A DNA stretch of 64,000 nucleotides, taken from Chloroflexota bacterium (lineage in GTDB: Bacteria; Chloroflexota; Dormibacteria; Dormibacterales; Dormibacteraceae). A program made the position numbers and the translations under genes. The DNA lies in contig VBGP01000022.1 of the NCBI GenBank assembly GCA_005880795.1, forward strand, positions 17,347-81,346, written 5' to 3'. The notes under the pieces were generated by a model. The model ran no database searches and was not told the DNA's origin. It worked only from the letters and a program-made list of their open reading frames with translations. Positions 8,935 through 18,602 of this stretch are shown here, in pieces (position 1 is the stretch's first letter; the number at the start of each line of letters is the position of its first letter).

Positions 8935-9588
8935 TTAGAAGCGGTGGAGGAAGGGGATCCGGGGCGCCAGGACGTAGTTGAGCTGGATCAGGAAGATCAG
9001 GGCAATGCTCACCCATGTTGGAAAGACCAAGGAGAGCAAGGTCGCTACGGCGTAGAGAGCCTGGGCGATCAAGATGCGCCCTCGCATGAGGTACGACATC
9101 TCGTGCTTGCCCTCCTCCTGAAAAAGGTTGGCGCGGAGGCCGTACAGGAGACCCGCAAACAGGGTTGCACCGAGCACCACGATGTTCAGCCAATACTCGA
9201 CGAGCGCGACTTTCAGCCAGTAGTAGTTGGCCAGGAGTGCGGTCGAGAAAGGGACAAGTGTCACCGAGAAGAGGAACACGAGGTGGATCCACATGAAGTT
9301 GCGGTCGCTGCGCGCCAGCCGGCTCAGCTGAGTCCCCTGTCCCAGCCAGAAGATGCCGAGGGTCATGAAGCTCATGGTGTAGACCAGCACGTGAGGGGCG
9401 AGTTTCTGCAGCACGTCCCAGAGCTGGGCTTCGGTGACACCCGTGTCTTGCGCCGCCGGCACCACCAGCCCGAGGACGAGCAGCGTCATACCGACCGCGA
9501 AGATGCCGTCGGAGATGCCCGACAGCCGGTCTGGGTTGGTGCCGGACAGATCGGCCAATCGGCGCTTCGCGCCCGACGTCTGATTCAC
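8935..9588 (-). CDS. TMEM175/DUF1211 family potassium channel-like membrane protein
   Basis: N-terminal RLSGISDGIFAVGMTLLVL (the TMEM175 RxxxFSD-like signature) and 6 TM helices. Confidence 0.8.
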   Translation of the reverse strand: MNQTSGAKRRLADLSGTNPDRLSGISDGIFAVGMTLLVLGLVVPAAQDTGVTEAQLWDVLQKLAPHVLVYTMSFMTLGIFWLGQGTQLSRLARSDRNFMWIHLVFLFSVTLVPFSTALLANYYWLKVALVEYWLNIVVLGATLFAGLLYGLRANLFQEEGKHEMSYLMRGRILIAQALYAVATLLSLVFPTWVSIALIFLIQLNYVLAPRIPFLHRF

Positions 9589-9624
9589 GCCGGTAAGGAT
9601 GGCGCACCGTTAGATTGGTTGGCC

Positions 9625-10200
9625 ATGCCGACGCCCGAAAACGTCATCTTCTTTGCCACCTCGGCGGAGCTCAGGGCATGGTTCGAGGCCAACCACGACA
9701 CCGCGACGCAGCTCTGGCTCGGCTATCACAACAAGCGGTCCGGCCGAGCCTCGGTCACCTGGCCCGAAGTCGTCGACCAGGAGCTGTGCTTCGGCTGGAT
9801 CGACAGCGTGCGCTACTCGCTGGGCGACGACAAGGGGGCTCAGCGCATCACTCCCCGGCGGATGCGAAGCGTCTGGAGTGCAGTGAACATCCGGCGCTTC
9901 GCCGAGCTCGAAAAGCTCGGACTTGTCCACGCCAGCGGCCGCGCCGCATTCGCGGCACGCGACGAGGCGAGGTCGCAGATCTACTCCTACGAGAACCGTT
10001 TGCGGGGACTGGACCCGGAGCAGGAGGCGGAATTTCGTAAGCACAGATCCGCGTGGAAGTTCTTCGAGTCGCAGGCACCCTCCTATCGGAAGACCGCCGC
10101 ATTCTGGGTGGTCAGCGCCAAGCGCGACGAGACCCGCGTACGGCGATTGCGCAAGCTGATCGACTTTTCAAAAGACGGCGCAAGGATTCCACCTTTCTAG
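9625..10200 (+). CDS. YdeI/OmpD-associated family protein
   Basis: ATG at 9625 inside the long artefactual track ORF 8104-10200. Contains FFATSAELRAWFEANH, WLGYHNK and CFGWIDS. Confidence 0.8.
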   Translation: MPTPENVIFFATSAELRAWFEANHDTATQLWLGYHNKRSGRASVTWPEVVDQELCFGWIDSVRYSLGDDKGAQRITPRRMRSVWSAVNIRRFAELEKLGLVHASGRAAFAARDEARSQIYSYENRLRGLDPEQEAEFRKHRSAWKFFESQAPSYRKTAAFWVVSAKRDETRVRRLRKLIDFSKDGARIPPF

Positions 10201-10622
10201 CGGGTTTTCTTGGCCTCGTTTTCCTTGACTCGGGCTTTCACCAGCTTTCCTATCAGCGCGACCGGTAGAGGCTCCCCCAGCGGAAATCGAAGGGTGCCGG
10301 CTCCGGCCATGTATCGCTTCATCTCGGGATACTTGTCGGCATACCCAGCGGGGTAGAGCCCGATGTGAGTCTTGAAGGCGGCGAAGTAAACCAGCCGCCC
10401 CTTGTGCTCGTAATGAGGCATGCCGTAGCTGATTCTCTCCACTGCGTCCGGCGCCGCGGCCTTGATCGTCTTGCGGAGCTGGCGCAGCAGCGGCTGCGCG
10501 TCTCTCGGGGCCGCCGCTATGTATGAGTCGACCGCCTGTTTGCCGGCTGGTTCGCTCAGTGCTTCCGATAGCTCAGGTCGAAGTCGACGTGCCATTGCTT
10601 TCCATCCTCCGACATCTCCCAC
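10197..10622 (-). CDS. DUF1801 (YdhG-like) domain protein
   Basis: Contains VDSYIAAAP...LLRQLRKTI...ISYGMPHY...FAAFKTHIGLYP. The start is uncertain (alternative M at 10595). Confidence 0.75.
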   Translation of the reverse strand: MGDVGGWKAMARRLRPELSEALSEPAGKQAVDSYIAAAPRDAQPLLRQLRKTIKAAAPDAVERISYGMPHYEHKGRLVYFAAFKTHIGLYPAGYADKYPEMKRYMAGAGTLRFPLGEPLPVALIGKLVKARVKENEAKKTR

Positions 10623-10748
10623 TGGCCGGTGATCGTCTTTCTGGCCTCGCTGATCTTGCCGACCCCCATCCCTCCGAATACCTCTTGCTCTCCGTGACCC
10701 AGGACCCGAGCAGCACGTGCAGCTGCTCGAGCCCTGACTTCGTCTTGG

Positions 10749-11231
10749 TCACTTGCCGGACTTCATGCCCTCGAGCAGCTCGGCCAGCCGCTCGACCGAT
10801 TCGTCAGCGCCCTCCTGCATTCCGGATGCGACCATGCCGTCACGGTCCATGACCGTCTCGAAAATGATGTGAGCCACCAACTTGGTCTTGTTGCCCAGCG
10901 GCTCGAAAGTGGCCGTCTGAAGCGCGACGTGGCCAGGGAACCCCAGGTACTCGAACGTCTGGCAGATCCGCTCGGGCGCGATTACGTCATGGTTCACGCC
11001 GCGGAACCCATGCTCAGCGCCGTCGGCTCCGACGTGCGCGACCCTCCATTCGCCGCCCGGCCGCGAGTCGAACTTGTCAATCTTGACCTCGTAGCGGCGG
11101 GGTCCCCACCACTGCGCGAAGAGCTTGGGGTCGGTGTACGCCTTGAACACGAGCTCGCGTGGCGCGTCGAGAATCGTCGTCGACATGATCTCCTGCTTGC
11201 CGGGTTCGATCACGTACTCAGTCTTGGGCAT
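10749..11231 (-). CDS. SRPBCC/Aha1-domain family protein
   Basis: Contains REFDAPRELVF-like ILDAPRELVFKAYTDPKLFAQWWGP. Forms the usual ArsR-SRPBCC gene pair. ATG chosen at 11231 (track start is 11255). Confidence 0.8.
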   Translation of the reverse strand: MPKTEYVIEPGKQEIMSTTILDAPRELVFKAYTDPKLFAQWWGPRRYEVKIDKFDSRPGGEWRVAHVGADGAEHGFRGVNHDVIAPERICQTFEYLGFPGHVALQTATFEPLGNKTKLVAHIIFETVMDRDGMVASGMQEGADESVERLAELLEGMKSGK

Positions 11232-11592
11232 CGTCTTGGCTCCCTTTTCCAACATTTTTCTTCTTCTCCTCCTGTATTAAATCCTGCAGAACGTCGTCCA
11301 GGCGCTGGAAGCTTTCGTCCCAGAAGCGCCGGTATTCCCCCACCCAATCGGAGGCCTCGTGGAGCCGCCCGGCCTCGAGCCGGCACGGCCTCCACTGTGC
11401 GTTGCGGCTCTGCGTCACGAGGCCGGCTTTTTGCAGCACTTTCAGGTGTTTGGAGATGCCCGGGAGGCTCAGGTCAAACGGCTTGGCCAGTTCCGTGACT
11501 GAGGCCTCGCCCTGTGCAAGACGGGCCAGGATCGCTCGCCGGGTGGGATCGGCGAGGGCTGCGAACGTGACGCTCAGCTGGTCGGATGCCAC
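11218..11592 (-). CDS. ArsR/SmtB family transcriptional regulator
   Basis: Contains FAALADPTRRAILARLAQGEASVTELA...LPGISKHLKVLQKAGLV (winged HTH). Confidence 0.9.
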   Translation of the reverse strand: MASDQLSVTFAALADPTRRAILARLAQGEASVTELAKPFDLSLPGISKHLKVLQKAGLVTQSRNAQWRPCRLEAGRLHEASDWVGEYRRFWDESFQRLDDVLQDLIQEEKKKNVGKGSQDDAQD

Positions 11593-11652
11593 TGTATTTT
11601 GCTCATTGGCTAATTAACTAATCGGTAGAATACCGGACCGTCGAAGCCTCTG

Positions 11653-13095
11653 TCAAGAGGTTCTTCGAGGAGCCTTGGCGGTGATCAGGAACCCCGATGT
11701 GAGTGCAGCCAGGAGCAGGATCGCCGCTCCCCAGGCAGTCGCCACCGAAAAGCCGTGCACCAGGGCGACCGAGCGCGCGCCGGCGAACCCCGCGGTTGCG
11801 CTCGTCGCGATGGTGTTGAGCACGGCGATCCCCAGCGACGCTCCCACCTGCTGGGCGGTGTTCACCATGGCCGAGGCCACGCCGGCCTCGCGTGGATCGA
11901 CCCCGTGCGTCGCGATGCTGAACGCGGGCACCATCAGGCTCGAGATGCCCAATCCGAGCAGGACCTCAGCCGGCAGCACGAGCGAGAGGTAGCCGGTGTC
12001 CACATGCAGCTGCGTCAGCAGCGCCATGCCGGCCACCGCGACCAGGGCGGCCGGGACCATGAACAACCTCGGCGCAATCCTCGGCATGAGCTGTCTCGCG
12101 ATAAGCCATGAGCCGGCCTGCGACGCAATCGTGATGGGCAGAAAGGCCAGCCCAGCTTGCAGCGGCGGGTAGAGAAGCACGACCTGGAGGTAGTAGGTAA
12201 GGAACAGAAACGCTCCAAACATGCCTGCCAGGCCCAACCCCACGGTGATATAGGCACCGCTCCGATTGCGGTCGGCGAGGATGCGCAGCGGCAAGAGTGG
12301 GGTCGCTGCACGCGACTCACGAACCACGAAGAGGACCAGCATCACGGCGCTGCCAACCAAGAACCCGGTCACGCTCAGGGATGACCAGCCGAACGCCACG
12401 ACGTTCGTGCACGCGTACACAAGCGCGGCCAGCCCCCCGGTAACGAGCAATGCGCCCAGCATGTCGAAGGTGGGTCGCGACCGAGACTTCGACGGAGCCA
12501 GCACCATCGAGCCACCGACCGCGGCGATGAGCGCGATGGGTAGGTTCACGTAGAGGCACCAGCGCCACGAGAGGTACTGGGTCAGCGCGCCGCCAAGCAG
12601 CATTCCGATCGCCGCGCCGCTGCCGGCGATCGAACCGTAGACCGCGAACGCTGTGGCCCGCTCTCGTGGTTCGGTGAAGGTGACGGCCAGGAGTGAGAGT
12701 GCTGTGGGAGCCAGCAACGCGGCGAATGCACCCTGCAGCGCGCGCGCAGCGACCAGGACGGCAAAGTCTGGAGCCGCCCCACCGATGATCGAGGCGAGCG
12801 AGAACCCGGCGAGACCGATGAGAAACGCGCGCTTGCGCCCGAGATAGTCGGCCACCCGTCCGCCGAGCAGCAGCAGTCCGCCGAAGGCCAGGGTGTACGC
12901 GGTCACGACCCACTGCCGGTCAGCATCCGAGGCGTGGAGCGCCGCCTGCGCCGTGGGCAGCGCAATGCTGACGATGGTGGCGTCGAGCGCGATCATGAGC
13001 TGCGCCACCGCGATGAAGGCGAGGGCGAGCCAGCGCCGCCGGCTTGCCTGGGGAACGTCGCCCGACTGCTGGTCCACCGCGGGAGCTGCGCTCAC
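11653..13095 (-). CDS. MFS transporter, DHA2 (EmrB/QacA, 14-TMS) family
   Basis: Contains LMIALDATIVSIALP and GGRVADYLGRKR. GTG at 13093-13095 overlaps the stop of the upstream gene (GTGA). The track N-terminal extension to 13365 is arginine-rich and overlaps that gene. Confidence 0.9.
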   Translation of the reverse strand: MSAAPAVDQQSGDVPQASRRRWLALAFIAVAQLMIALDATIVSIALPTAQAALHASDADRQWVVTAYTLAFGGLLLLGGRVADYLGRKRAFLIGLAGFSLASIIGGAAPDFAVLVAARALQGAFAALLAPTALSLLAVTFTEPRERATAFAVYGSIAGSGAAIGMLLGGALTQYLSWRWCLYVNLPIALIAAVGGSMVLAPSKSRSRPTFDMLGALLVTGGLAALVYACTNVVAFGWSSLSVTGFLVGSAVMLVLFVVRESRAATPLLPLRILADRNRSGAYITVGLGLAGMFGAFLFLTYYLQVVLLYPPLQAGLAFLPITIASQAGSWLIARQLMPRIAPRLFMVPAALVAVAGMALLTQLHVDTGYLSLVLPAEVLLGLGISSLMVPAFSIATHGVDPREAGVASAMVNTAQQVGASLGIAVLNTIATSATAGFAGARSVALVHGFSVATAWGAAILLLAALTSGFLITAKAPRRTS

Positions 13096-13556
13096 GTGCT
13101 CAGCACCCCGCGGCGCCCGGCCACGCTTACCGCACCCCCGATCGCAATCCCCGCGACGACTGCGCCCAGGGACACGAGCAGGCTGGGCTTGACCGTCATA
13201 TCGAAGACGACGCCCAACGCCATCCCGACCCTTATCAACCACGAAGCCGTCGCCGCCTGCCTGGTGATGCGTCCCCGCATGACGCCGATCCCGGTGCCGG
13301 CGCCAATGACGGCGATCAAGAACCACGCCGCGATTCCCACGACGACCCATCCGGTCCAGCCCCACTGTGCCTTCATCAAGTAGAGGCCAGGAAACAGGAT
13401 CGCGAGGGCTGAGATCGGCCCCAGGACTCGGTTCAGGGCTGCCGATGGGAACCCGGCCCTGAGGCCAACCCCTTCGACCGTCAGGAGCACGAAGAGGACA
13501 AGCGCACCCACGATGTGGACGAAAAGAACGATCGAATAGAGATCCATTGACGCCAC
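13092..13556 (-). CDS. Hypothetical integral membrane protein (4 TM, DUF2269-like)
   Basis: 154-aa hydrophobic ORF, translationally coupled to the DHA2 transporter. Confidence 0.6.
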   Translation of the reverse strand: MASMDLYSIVLFVHIVGALVLFVLLTVEGVGLRAGFPSAALNRVLGPISALAILFPGLYLMKAQWGWTGWVVVGIAAWFLIAVIGAGTGIGVMRGRITRQAATASWLIRVGMALGVVFDMTVKPSLLVSLGAVVAGIAIGGAVSVAGRRGVLST

Positions 13557-13622
13557 CTCCAGAATCCAGCCTTTGTGGCTAAGCTACCACAATCTTATGG
13601 TGACTTAAATATTATGGGCGCT

Positions 13623-13642
13623 AAGTCTATTCCGCTAGACTT
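13623..13642. promoter_or_regulatory. Candidate TetR operator (perfect 7-bp inverted repeat AAGTCTA-N6-TAGACTT)
   Basis: Read directly at 13623-13629 and 13636-13642. It lies in the divergent intergenic region between the membrane/DHA2 operon and the TetR gene. Confidence 0.4.
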
Positions 13643-13647
13643 GCCCG

Positions 13648-14286
13648 GTGGCTGCAGAAGCCGGACTCAGGGAGCGCAAGAAGCAGAAGACCAGGCAGGC
13701 CATCTTCGATACCGCGCGACGTCTGTTCGGCGAGCGCCGGTTCGAAGACGTAACAGTGGCGGAGATCGCCCGTGCGGCTGACGTTTCCGAGGTCACGGTC
13801 TTCAACTACTTCCCCACCAAAGAAGACCTGTTCTACGGCGGGATGCAGTTCTTCGAGGAGGACCTCCTCGAGGCGGTACGCAGCCGTCCCCGAGGCGAGT
13901 CTGCGATCAGGGCTTTCCGCCGCCGGCTGCTCCAGGGCACCGAAGCCCTGGGGAGCAAGGAACGGGTCGCGGCGATCACCCAGGCCGGCGACACGGTGGC
14001 CGCCAGCCCCTCCCTCGTCGCACGGGAGCGAGAGATCGTCGAGCGCTACACACAGCGCCTGGCCGAGCTGCTGGCGGCTGACACGAGATCCGAGCCAGGT
14101 GACGTGGAGCCGATGGCGGCGGCGGCCGCAATGATGGGAGCGCACCGCGCCATGGTCGACTACGTGCGCCGGCGCGTCAGCGCAGGGCGCAAAGGCCCGG
14201 CCCTCGTCGAAGACGCCAGAGCTCAGATTCGCCGCGGCTTCGCGCGCCTGGAACGAGGCCTGGACGACTACGCGGCGAAGCGGTGA
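13648..14286 (+). CDS. TetR/AcrR family transcriptional regulator
   Basis: Contains RERKKQKTRQAIFDTARRLFGERRFEDVTVAEIARAADVSEVTVFNYFPTKEDL (TetR HTH). Divergent from the efflux pump. Confidence 0.9.
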   Translation: MAAEAGLRERKKQKTRQAIFDTARRLFGERRFEDVTVAEIARAADVSEVTVFNYFPTKEDLFYGGMQFFEEDLLEAVRSRPRGESAIRAFRRRLLQGTEALGSKERVAAITQAGDTVAASPSLVAREREIVERYTQRLAELLAADTRSEPGDVEPMAAAAAMMGAHRAMVDYVRRRVSAGRKGPALVEDARAQIRRGFARLERGLDDYAAKR

Positions 14287-14676
14287 CTAGCGAGCGGCTT
14301 TCAGTGCGGCTTTGATGTCCGTGACGCCGAGGTACGCGTTCAGCTTGCGGGCGCTGCCCGCCGAGCCGGCATAGATGTACTCGATGTTTACGCCCGCCTT
14401 GCCCAGCTTCGAGGCCAGCTTGCCGAGCGAGCCGGGCGAGTCCGCAAGCGTGACCTGAACCACCTCTTCTTCGGTGGTCTGCCACCCGCGCGCCGCGAAC
14501 ACCTTCTTGGCCGTGGCCGGCTTGTCCACCACCATGCGCACCGCCCCACGTCCACCCTCGGTCGCGGCCATGATCGCAACGATGTTGGTCTTCTTTTCCC
14601 CCAGCGCGCTGGCGATCTCACCCAGCACCCCGGGCCGGTCCGCCAACCACAGTGACAGCTGCTTTGCCCTTGGCAT
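14287..14676 (-). CDS. ACT domain-containing protein
   Basis: Two ACT-like repeats (LADRPGVLGEIASALGEKKTNI and LADSPGSLGKLASKLGKAGVNI). ATG at 14676 is preceded by GGAGGAA. Confidence 0.75.
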   Translation of the reverse strand: MPRAKQLSLWLADRPGVLGEIASALGEKKTNIVAIMAATEGGRGAVRMVVDKPATAKKVFAARGWQTTEEEVVQVTLADSPGSLGKLASKLGKAGVNIEYIYAGSAGSARKLNAYLGVTDIKAALKAAR

Positions 14677-14755
14677 ACCCCAGTTCCTCCACGTCAATCA
14701 CCGCCGAACAGCACCGCAAATATATAGCCCGCTCACATAAGAAGACGAGAGCGGT

Positions 14756-15397
14756 TTACTGAGCGATCGCTTCCGCACCGACGCGTACCCCGAGCGCGAC
14801 CAGGACCGCGCCGAGCAGCCCATCGAGAGCCCGCCGAATCGAGCTGCGACGGAGCCAGCGGCCCAGTCGCTCGACGGCAAACGAATAGCCGATCAGCCAG
14901 ACCAGGGTGAGGAGGCTGAAGTTGAGTCCAAGCGCGAGAAGGGTCTGGAAGCTTGGGTGTGGTCCGGCGAACGGAGGCAGCAGGCTGATAAAGAAGGCAA
15001 CCATTTTCGCGTTCGAGAGGTTGCTGACGAATCCCTGGACGAACGCGCCGCGCGGAGTCAGGCGCGACCCAAGCGACGGCTCCTCAACCAGGGCCGCGCC
15101 ACGGTGTGCGATCGCCTTCAATATCGAGCGCACGCCGAGGTAGATCAGGTACGCGGCGCCGGCGATCCGGATCGTGAGGAACAGCGGCGCCGAAGCCATG
15201 AGGACCACCGCCAAACCGGCGCTGGTCGCAAGCGTCCACGCCGCCTGGCCGGCCGAAACGCCCAACGCGGTCGCCGAACCCGTATGCCGGTCGCCGAGCA
15301 GAGTGTTCCGGATCGTGAGAGCGGTGTCCTGGCCGGGCGTGCAGATAACGAGGACCGACACGCCTAGAAACGCCACGTACTGACCGAGCCCGATCAC
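14756..15397 (-). CDS. LysE/RhtB family amino-acid exporter
   Basis: Contains FLGVSVLVICTPGQDT and a hydrophobic profile. GTG at 15397 is preferred over the track start at 15424. Confidence 0.8.
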   Translation of the reverse strand: MIGLGQYVAFLGVSVLVICTPGQDTALTIRNTLLGDRHTGSATALGVSAGQAAWTLATSAGLAVVLMASAPLFLTIRIAGAAYLIYLGVRSILKAIAHRGAALVEEPSLGSRLTPRGAFVQGFVSNLSNAKMVAFFISLLPPFAGPHPSFQTLLALGLNFSLLTLVWLIGYSFAVERLGRWLRRSSIRRALDGLLGAVLVALGVRVGAEAIAQ

Positions 15398-15529
15398 GCG
15401 CGCTCCTCCCCATTCATGGGGCAATCAATAGGCGCGCGCCGCGTCCTCAACGGGCTTGGCCCGCAGGTGGCGCGGAGCGCCGGAGGGGCTGACCCGCGCG
15501 ATTAGGGCGGGGTTCAGCCCCATGGTTAG

Positions 15530-16516
15530 CTAGTTCGCGGCGTATGAGCGAAGCGCTTCGGCGCGACCGGTACGGCGCAGCTTGTCCAGCGCGTGCCGCT
15601 CCAGCTGCCGGACGGTTTCGCGGCTCGTGCCGAGCCGGCGCGCCACCTCGTCGAGCGCCCGCTGGTGCCCGTCGGTGAGGCCAAACCTCAGCTGGATCAC
15701 CCGCCGCTCGCGCGGCCGCAGGGTGCTCAGCACCTCGTCCACGTGGTCCTTCAGGTCAGCTTCCATAGCCGCTGACGCTGGGGACTCCGCGTTCGAGTCC
15801 TCGATCAGGTGGCCAAGCTCGGTGTCCCCGTCCTCTCCGATCGGCGTCTCGAGAGAGACAGCGTCGCGCGCGGTCCGGCGCAGTCCCTCGACCTCGATGG
15901 TGGTCAGCCCGAGCTCCTCGGCGATCTCCTCGTCGGTCGGCTGGCGCCCGAGCGAATCGCGGAGGCGGTCCGAGATGCGGACCAGCTTGTTGGTCTGGTC
16001 GCCGATATGGATCGGGAGGCGAATCGTTCGCGCCTGGTCCCCGATGGCGCGAAGAACCGCCTGGCGGATCCACCAGGTCGCGTAGGTCGAGAACTTGAAC
16101 CCGCGGCGGTGGTCGAACTTGGCGACCGCCCGCATCAGGCCGACGTTGCCCTCCTGGATCAGGTCGAGCAGAGGCATGCCTCGGCCCTGGTACTTCTTGG
16201 CGATGGAAACCACCAGGCGGAGATTCGCCTCGGTCATGTGGCGGCGCGCCGCATCTGACCCGGCCTCGATCTGCTTGGCGAGCTCGACCTCCTGCTCCTT
16301 GGTGAGCAGCGTTCCCTTACCGATCTCGCGGAGATAGGCGCCCAGGGCGTCGTCCGGGTCGGTTTGACCGGGTTCAGGAGCCGGCCGGGGCCGTTCCTCG
16401 TCTGTACCCATTCCGGAGAGCGCTTCCGCGAGATCGGGGTTCGCCTCGCGCGAAGTCGGCTGGTCTTCGTCGTCGGGCGAATCCAGCCACAGTGATACCG
16501 ATGACTGAGGTTGCAT
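15530..16516 (-). CDS. RNA polymerase sigma-70 factor, RpoD-like (group 1/2)
   Basis: Contains [44 protein letters not shown] and [12 protein letters not shown] (regions 1.2 to 4.2). Start taken at the ATG at 16516; the track ORF extends to 16591. Confidence 0.9.
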   Translation of the reverse strand: MQPQSSVSLWLDSPDDEDQPTSREANPDLAEALSGMGTDEERPRPAPEPGQTDPDDALGAYLREIGKGTLLTKEQEVELAKQIEAGSDAARRHMTEANLRLVVSIAKKYQGRGMPLLDLIQEGNVGLMRAVAKFDHRRGFKFSTYATWWIRQAVLRAIGDQARTIRLPIHIGDQTNKLVRISDRLRDSLGRQPTDEEIAEELGLTTIEVEGLRRTARDAVSLETPIGEDGDTELGHLIEDSNAESPASAAMEADLKDHVDEVLSTLRPRERRVIQLRFGLTDGHQRALDEVARRLGTSRETVRQLERHALDKLRRTGRAEALRSYAAN

Positions 16517-16608
16517 GCAGGTGTGATTTACCCAGCAAGCCCGGTGGGCAAACCCGGCCTGGAGCCTTGTATGGTGGATTTTGCCGGCCAATTTGAAGGA
16601 GGTTCCGT

Positions 16609-17133
16609 ATGAGAATTGCCTGCGTGCTCGGTCCGAAGTTCGAGGACTCGGAGTTCAAACAACCGTACGACAGCTTCAAACAAGCGGGCCACGAGATCAT
16701 GGTCGTGGGCCTGGAAGCGGGCGCCCAGCTCGAGGGCGACAAGGGCGCGGTGAAAGCCACCGTCGAGCAGTCCTTCAAGGATGCAAGGCCAGAGGATTTT
16801 GACGCCCTGTTCATCCCTGGTGGCGGGAGCCCGGACAAGCTGCGCGCCCACGAGGAAGCCGTGAAGTTCGTCAAGGCGTTCATGACCGCCGGCAAGCCTG
16901 TGCTGGCGATCTGCCACGGACCCCAGCTGCTGCTGACCGCCGATGAATTCAAGAGTCACAAGATGACCGCCTGGAAGACGATCCAGGGGGATCTCAAGAA
17001 GGCCGGAGCCAACGTCGTGGACCAGGAGGTGGTGGTCGACCGCAACCTGGTCACGTCCCGACAGCCGTCTGACATAGCGGCTTTCATCAAGGAATCGCTG
17101 AAGCTGCTGGAGCAAGTGCCCGCCCGGCGCTGA
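16609..17133 (+). CDS. DJ-1/PfpI family protein (type 1 glutamine amidotransferase-like)
   Basis: Contains DALFIPGG and [12 protein letters not shown] (nucleophile elbow Cys). Confidence 0.9.
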   Translation: MRIACVLGPKFEDSEFKQPYDSFKQAGHEIMVVGLEAGAQLEGDKGAVKATVEQSFKDARPEDFDALFIPGGGSPDKLRAHEEAVKFVKAFMTAGKPVLAICHGPQLLLTADEFKSHKMTAWKTIQGDLKKAGANVVDQEVVVDRNLVTSRQPSDIAAFIKESLKLLEQVPARR

Positions 17134-17141
17134 CGACGCGG

Positions 17142-17543
17142 TTGGGCTGGATCACCTTAGAAGTCCGCAGCCGGCGGCGCGCCGAGCTCGTCGACATCAC
17201 GGGACGCGTCGCCGAAGTGGTCGAGCGCTCAGGTGTGCGGGACGGGACCTGTCATGTCTTCGTCCCGCACACGACGGCCGGCGTGACGATCAACGAGGGC
17301 GCCGACCCTGATGTCGCGCGCGACATCGAGTCGCACCTTGGCGAGATGGTGCCCAAGGAGGCCGTCTTTCAGCATGCGGAGGGAAACTCCGACTCGCATA
17401 TCAAGACCGTGCTGATCGGGCCTTCGTGCGAAGCTCCGGTGCGCCAGGGCAAGCTGGCGCTTGGGCGGTGGCAGGCGATCTTCCTTTGCGAATGGGACGG
17501 GCCGCGGACGCGCCAGGTGGAGGTCGCCGTCTCCCCGGTCTAG
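17142..17543 (+). CDS. YjbQ family secondary thiamine-phosphate synthase-like protein
   Basis: Contains HTTAGVTINEGADPDV and NSDSHIKTVLIG. TTG start. Confidence 0.85.
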   Translation: MGWITLEVRSRRRAELVDITGRVAEVVERSGVRDGTCHVFVPHTTAGVTINEGADPDVARDIESHLGEMVPKEAVFQHAEGNSDSHIKTVLIGPSCEAPVRQGKLALGRWQAIFLCEWDGPRTRQVEVAVSPV

Positions 17544-17548
17544 TGCGC

Positions 17549-18235
17549 CTAGTTGACGATCTCGAGCGCGCGGGCGGTGACCACCGCGTTGACCATCGAC
17601 TTCGCTCCGAGCTTCGTGTTGATAGAACGTACATGCGTCCGCACCGTCGAGTAGCTGATGCCCAGCTGCTCAGCGATCTGTCGCGTGGAGGTCCCGTCGG
17701 CCATCAGCTGAAGGACATCCCGTTCACGGGGGCTCAGGCTGTCGCGCATATGCTCCCGGTCTTTGCCGCGGCTTACGAGGCCCGCGATCATCGACGGCGT
17801 GATCAGGCTGATTCCCTGTGCGACCTTGCGGACGGTGACGATGACCTCGGCGGCCGGGCTGGACTTGTGGAGGTACGCGCTGGCGCCGGCCTCGACCGCG
17901 GCGAGGCGGGCATCGTCACTTTCGTCGCGGCTCAGGAAGACGAACCTGACGTTGGGGAAAGTCGCTCGCATGGCCATGGCCGCGTCTCGACCGGTGCCGT
18001 CACCCAGGTGGTAATCCATTACCACCACGTCGGGCATCAAGGAGGCTGGCAGCTCGGAAGCCTCCGCCACAGAGCTCGCCTTGCCTACGACCTGCATGTC
18101 TTTCTGGCCGTCGAGGAGCAGGCCGAGACTCTCTGAGACGAGCTGATGGTTTTCAACGATGACGAGGCGGGTGAGACGTGCAATCCCAAGGACGCGGGTG
18201 CCGGGAAGCTGAGGGCGGGATTTGAGCTGGCTCAT
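17549..18235 (-). CDS. Response regulator, NarL/FixJ (LuxR HTH) family
   Basis: REC domain (LVIVENHQLV...DVVVMDYHLGDGTG) plus LuxR HTH (LSPRERDVLQLMADGTSTRQIAEQLGISYSTVRTHV). ATG at 18235; the track N-terminal extension is arginine/glycine junk. Confidence 0.9.
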   Translation of the reverse strand: MSQLKSRPQLPGTRVLGIARLTRLVIVENHQLVSESLGLLLDGQKDMQVVGKASSVAEASELPASLMPDVVVMDYHLGDGTGRDAAMAMRATFPNVRFVFLSRDESDDARLAAVEAGASAYLHKSSPAAEVIVTVRKVAQGISLITPSMIAGLVSRGKDREHMRDSLSPRERDVLQLMADGTSTRQIAEQLGISYSTVRTHVRSINTKLGAKSMVNAVVTARALEIVN

Positions 18236-18261
18236 CGGTGCGGTCGCTTGCGCCCAGCCCC

Positions 18262-18540
18262 TCAGGACAGCTCGGCCCGCCTGATCAGGTACCGGGCCTC
18301 CAGCTGCTGGACCACTGCCACGACAGTGTCTCGCTCCTCGACGTGCGCTATTCGAAGCCGCTCGCGGAACGTGCCAAGCCAGCCGCAGATCTCTTCCAGG
18401 CTGTCGATCCCCGGCACATAGGGCGCAAAAGATGGCAAAGGGGCCAGACCCTCCCTCCGGGCCGTGGCCCCCTGCCCCGTACGTGCCCCCCGGCGTGCTG
18501 ATTGGTTCCCGCTGCCCCTTGCAGCCATGCTGGCGCCCAC
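18262..18540 (-). CDS. Small hypothetical protein, short member of the local W..Y/F..L...RRD/RRAEL helical family (copy D)
   Basis: The C-terminal 55 aa (GIDSLEEICGWLGTFRERLRIAH...QQLEARYLIRRAELS) resemble the paralogs at 18603, 19139, 21962 and 26214. The true start is probably internal. Confidence 0.4.
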   Translation of the reverse strand: MGASMAARGSGNQSARRGARTGQGATARREGLAPLPSFAPYVPGIDSLEEICGWLGTFRERLRIAHVEERDTVVAVVQQLEARYLIRRAELS

Positions 18541-18602
18541 GATAGGCGGATAAGCGCAACATTCCGGGTCAAAATTCCTCCAGTAGGTGTAGATTCAGAG
18601 TC

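Noticed and set aside
15406-15421. Exact 16-mer CTCCCCATTCATGGGG shared with 59160-59175 (contains the palindrome CCCCAT-TC-ATGGGG), considered as a regulatory site or REP element
   Set aside because: For 64 kb searched on both strands, roughly one exact 16-mer coincidence is expected by chance, and more in biased-composition DNA. Only two copies are seen and the hairpin would be very weak. Not enough evidence without a genome-wide count.
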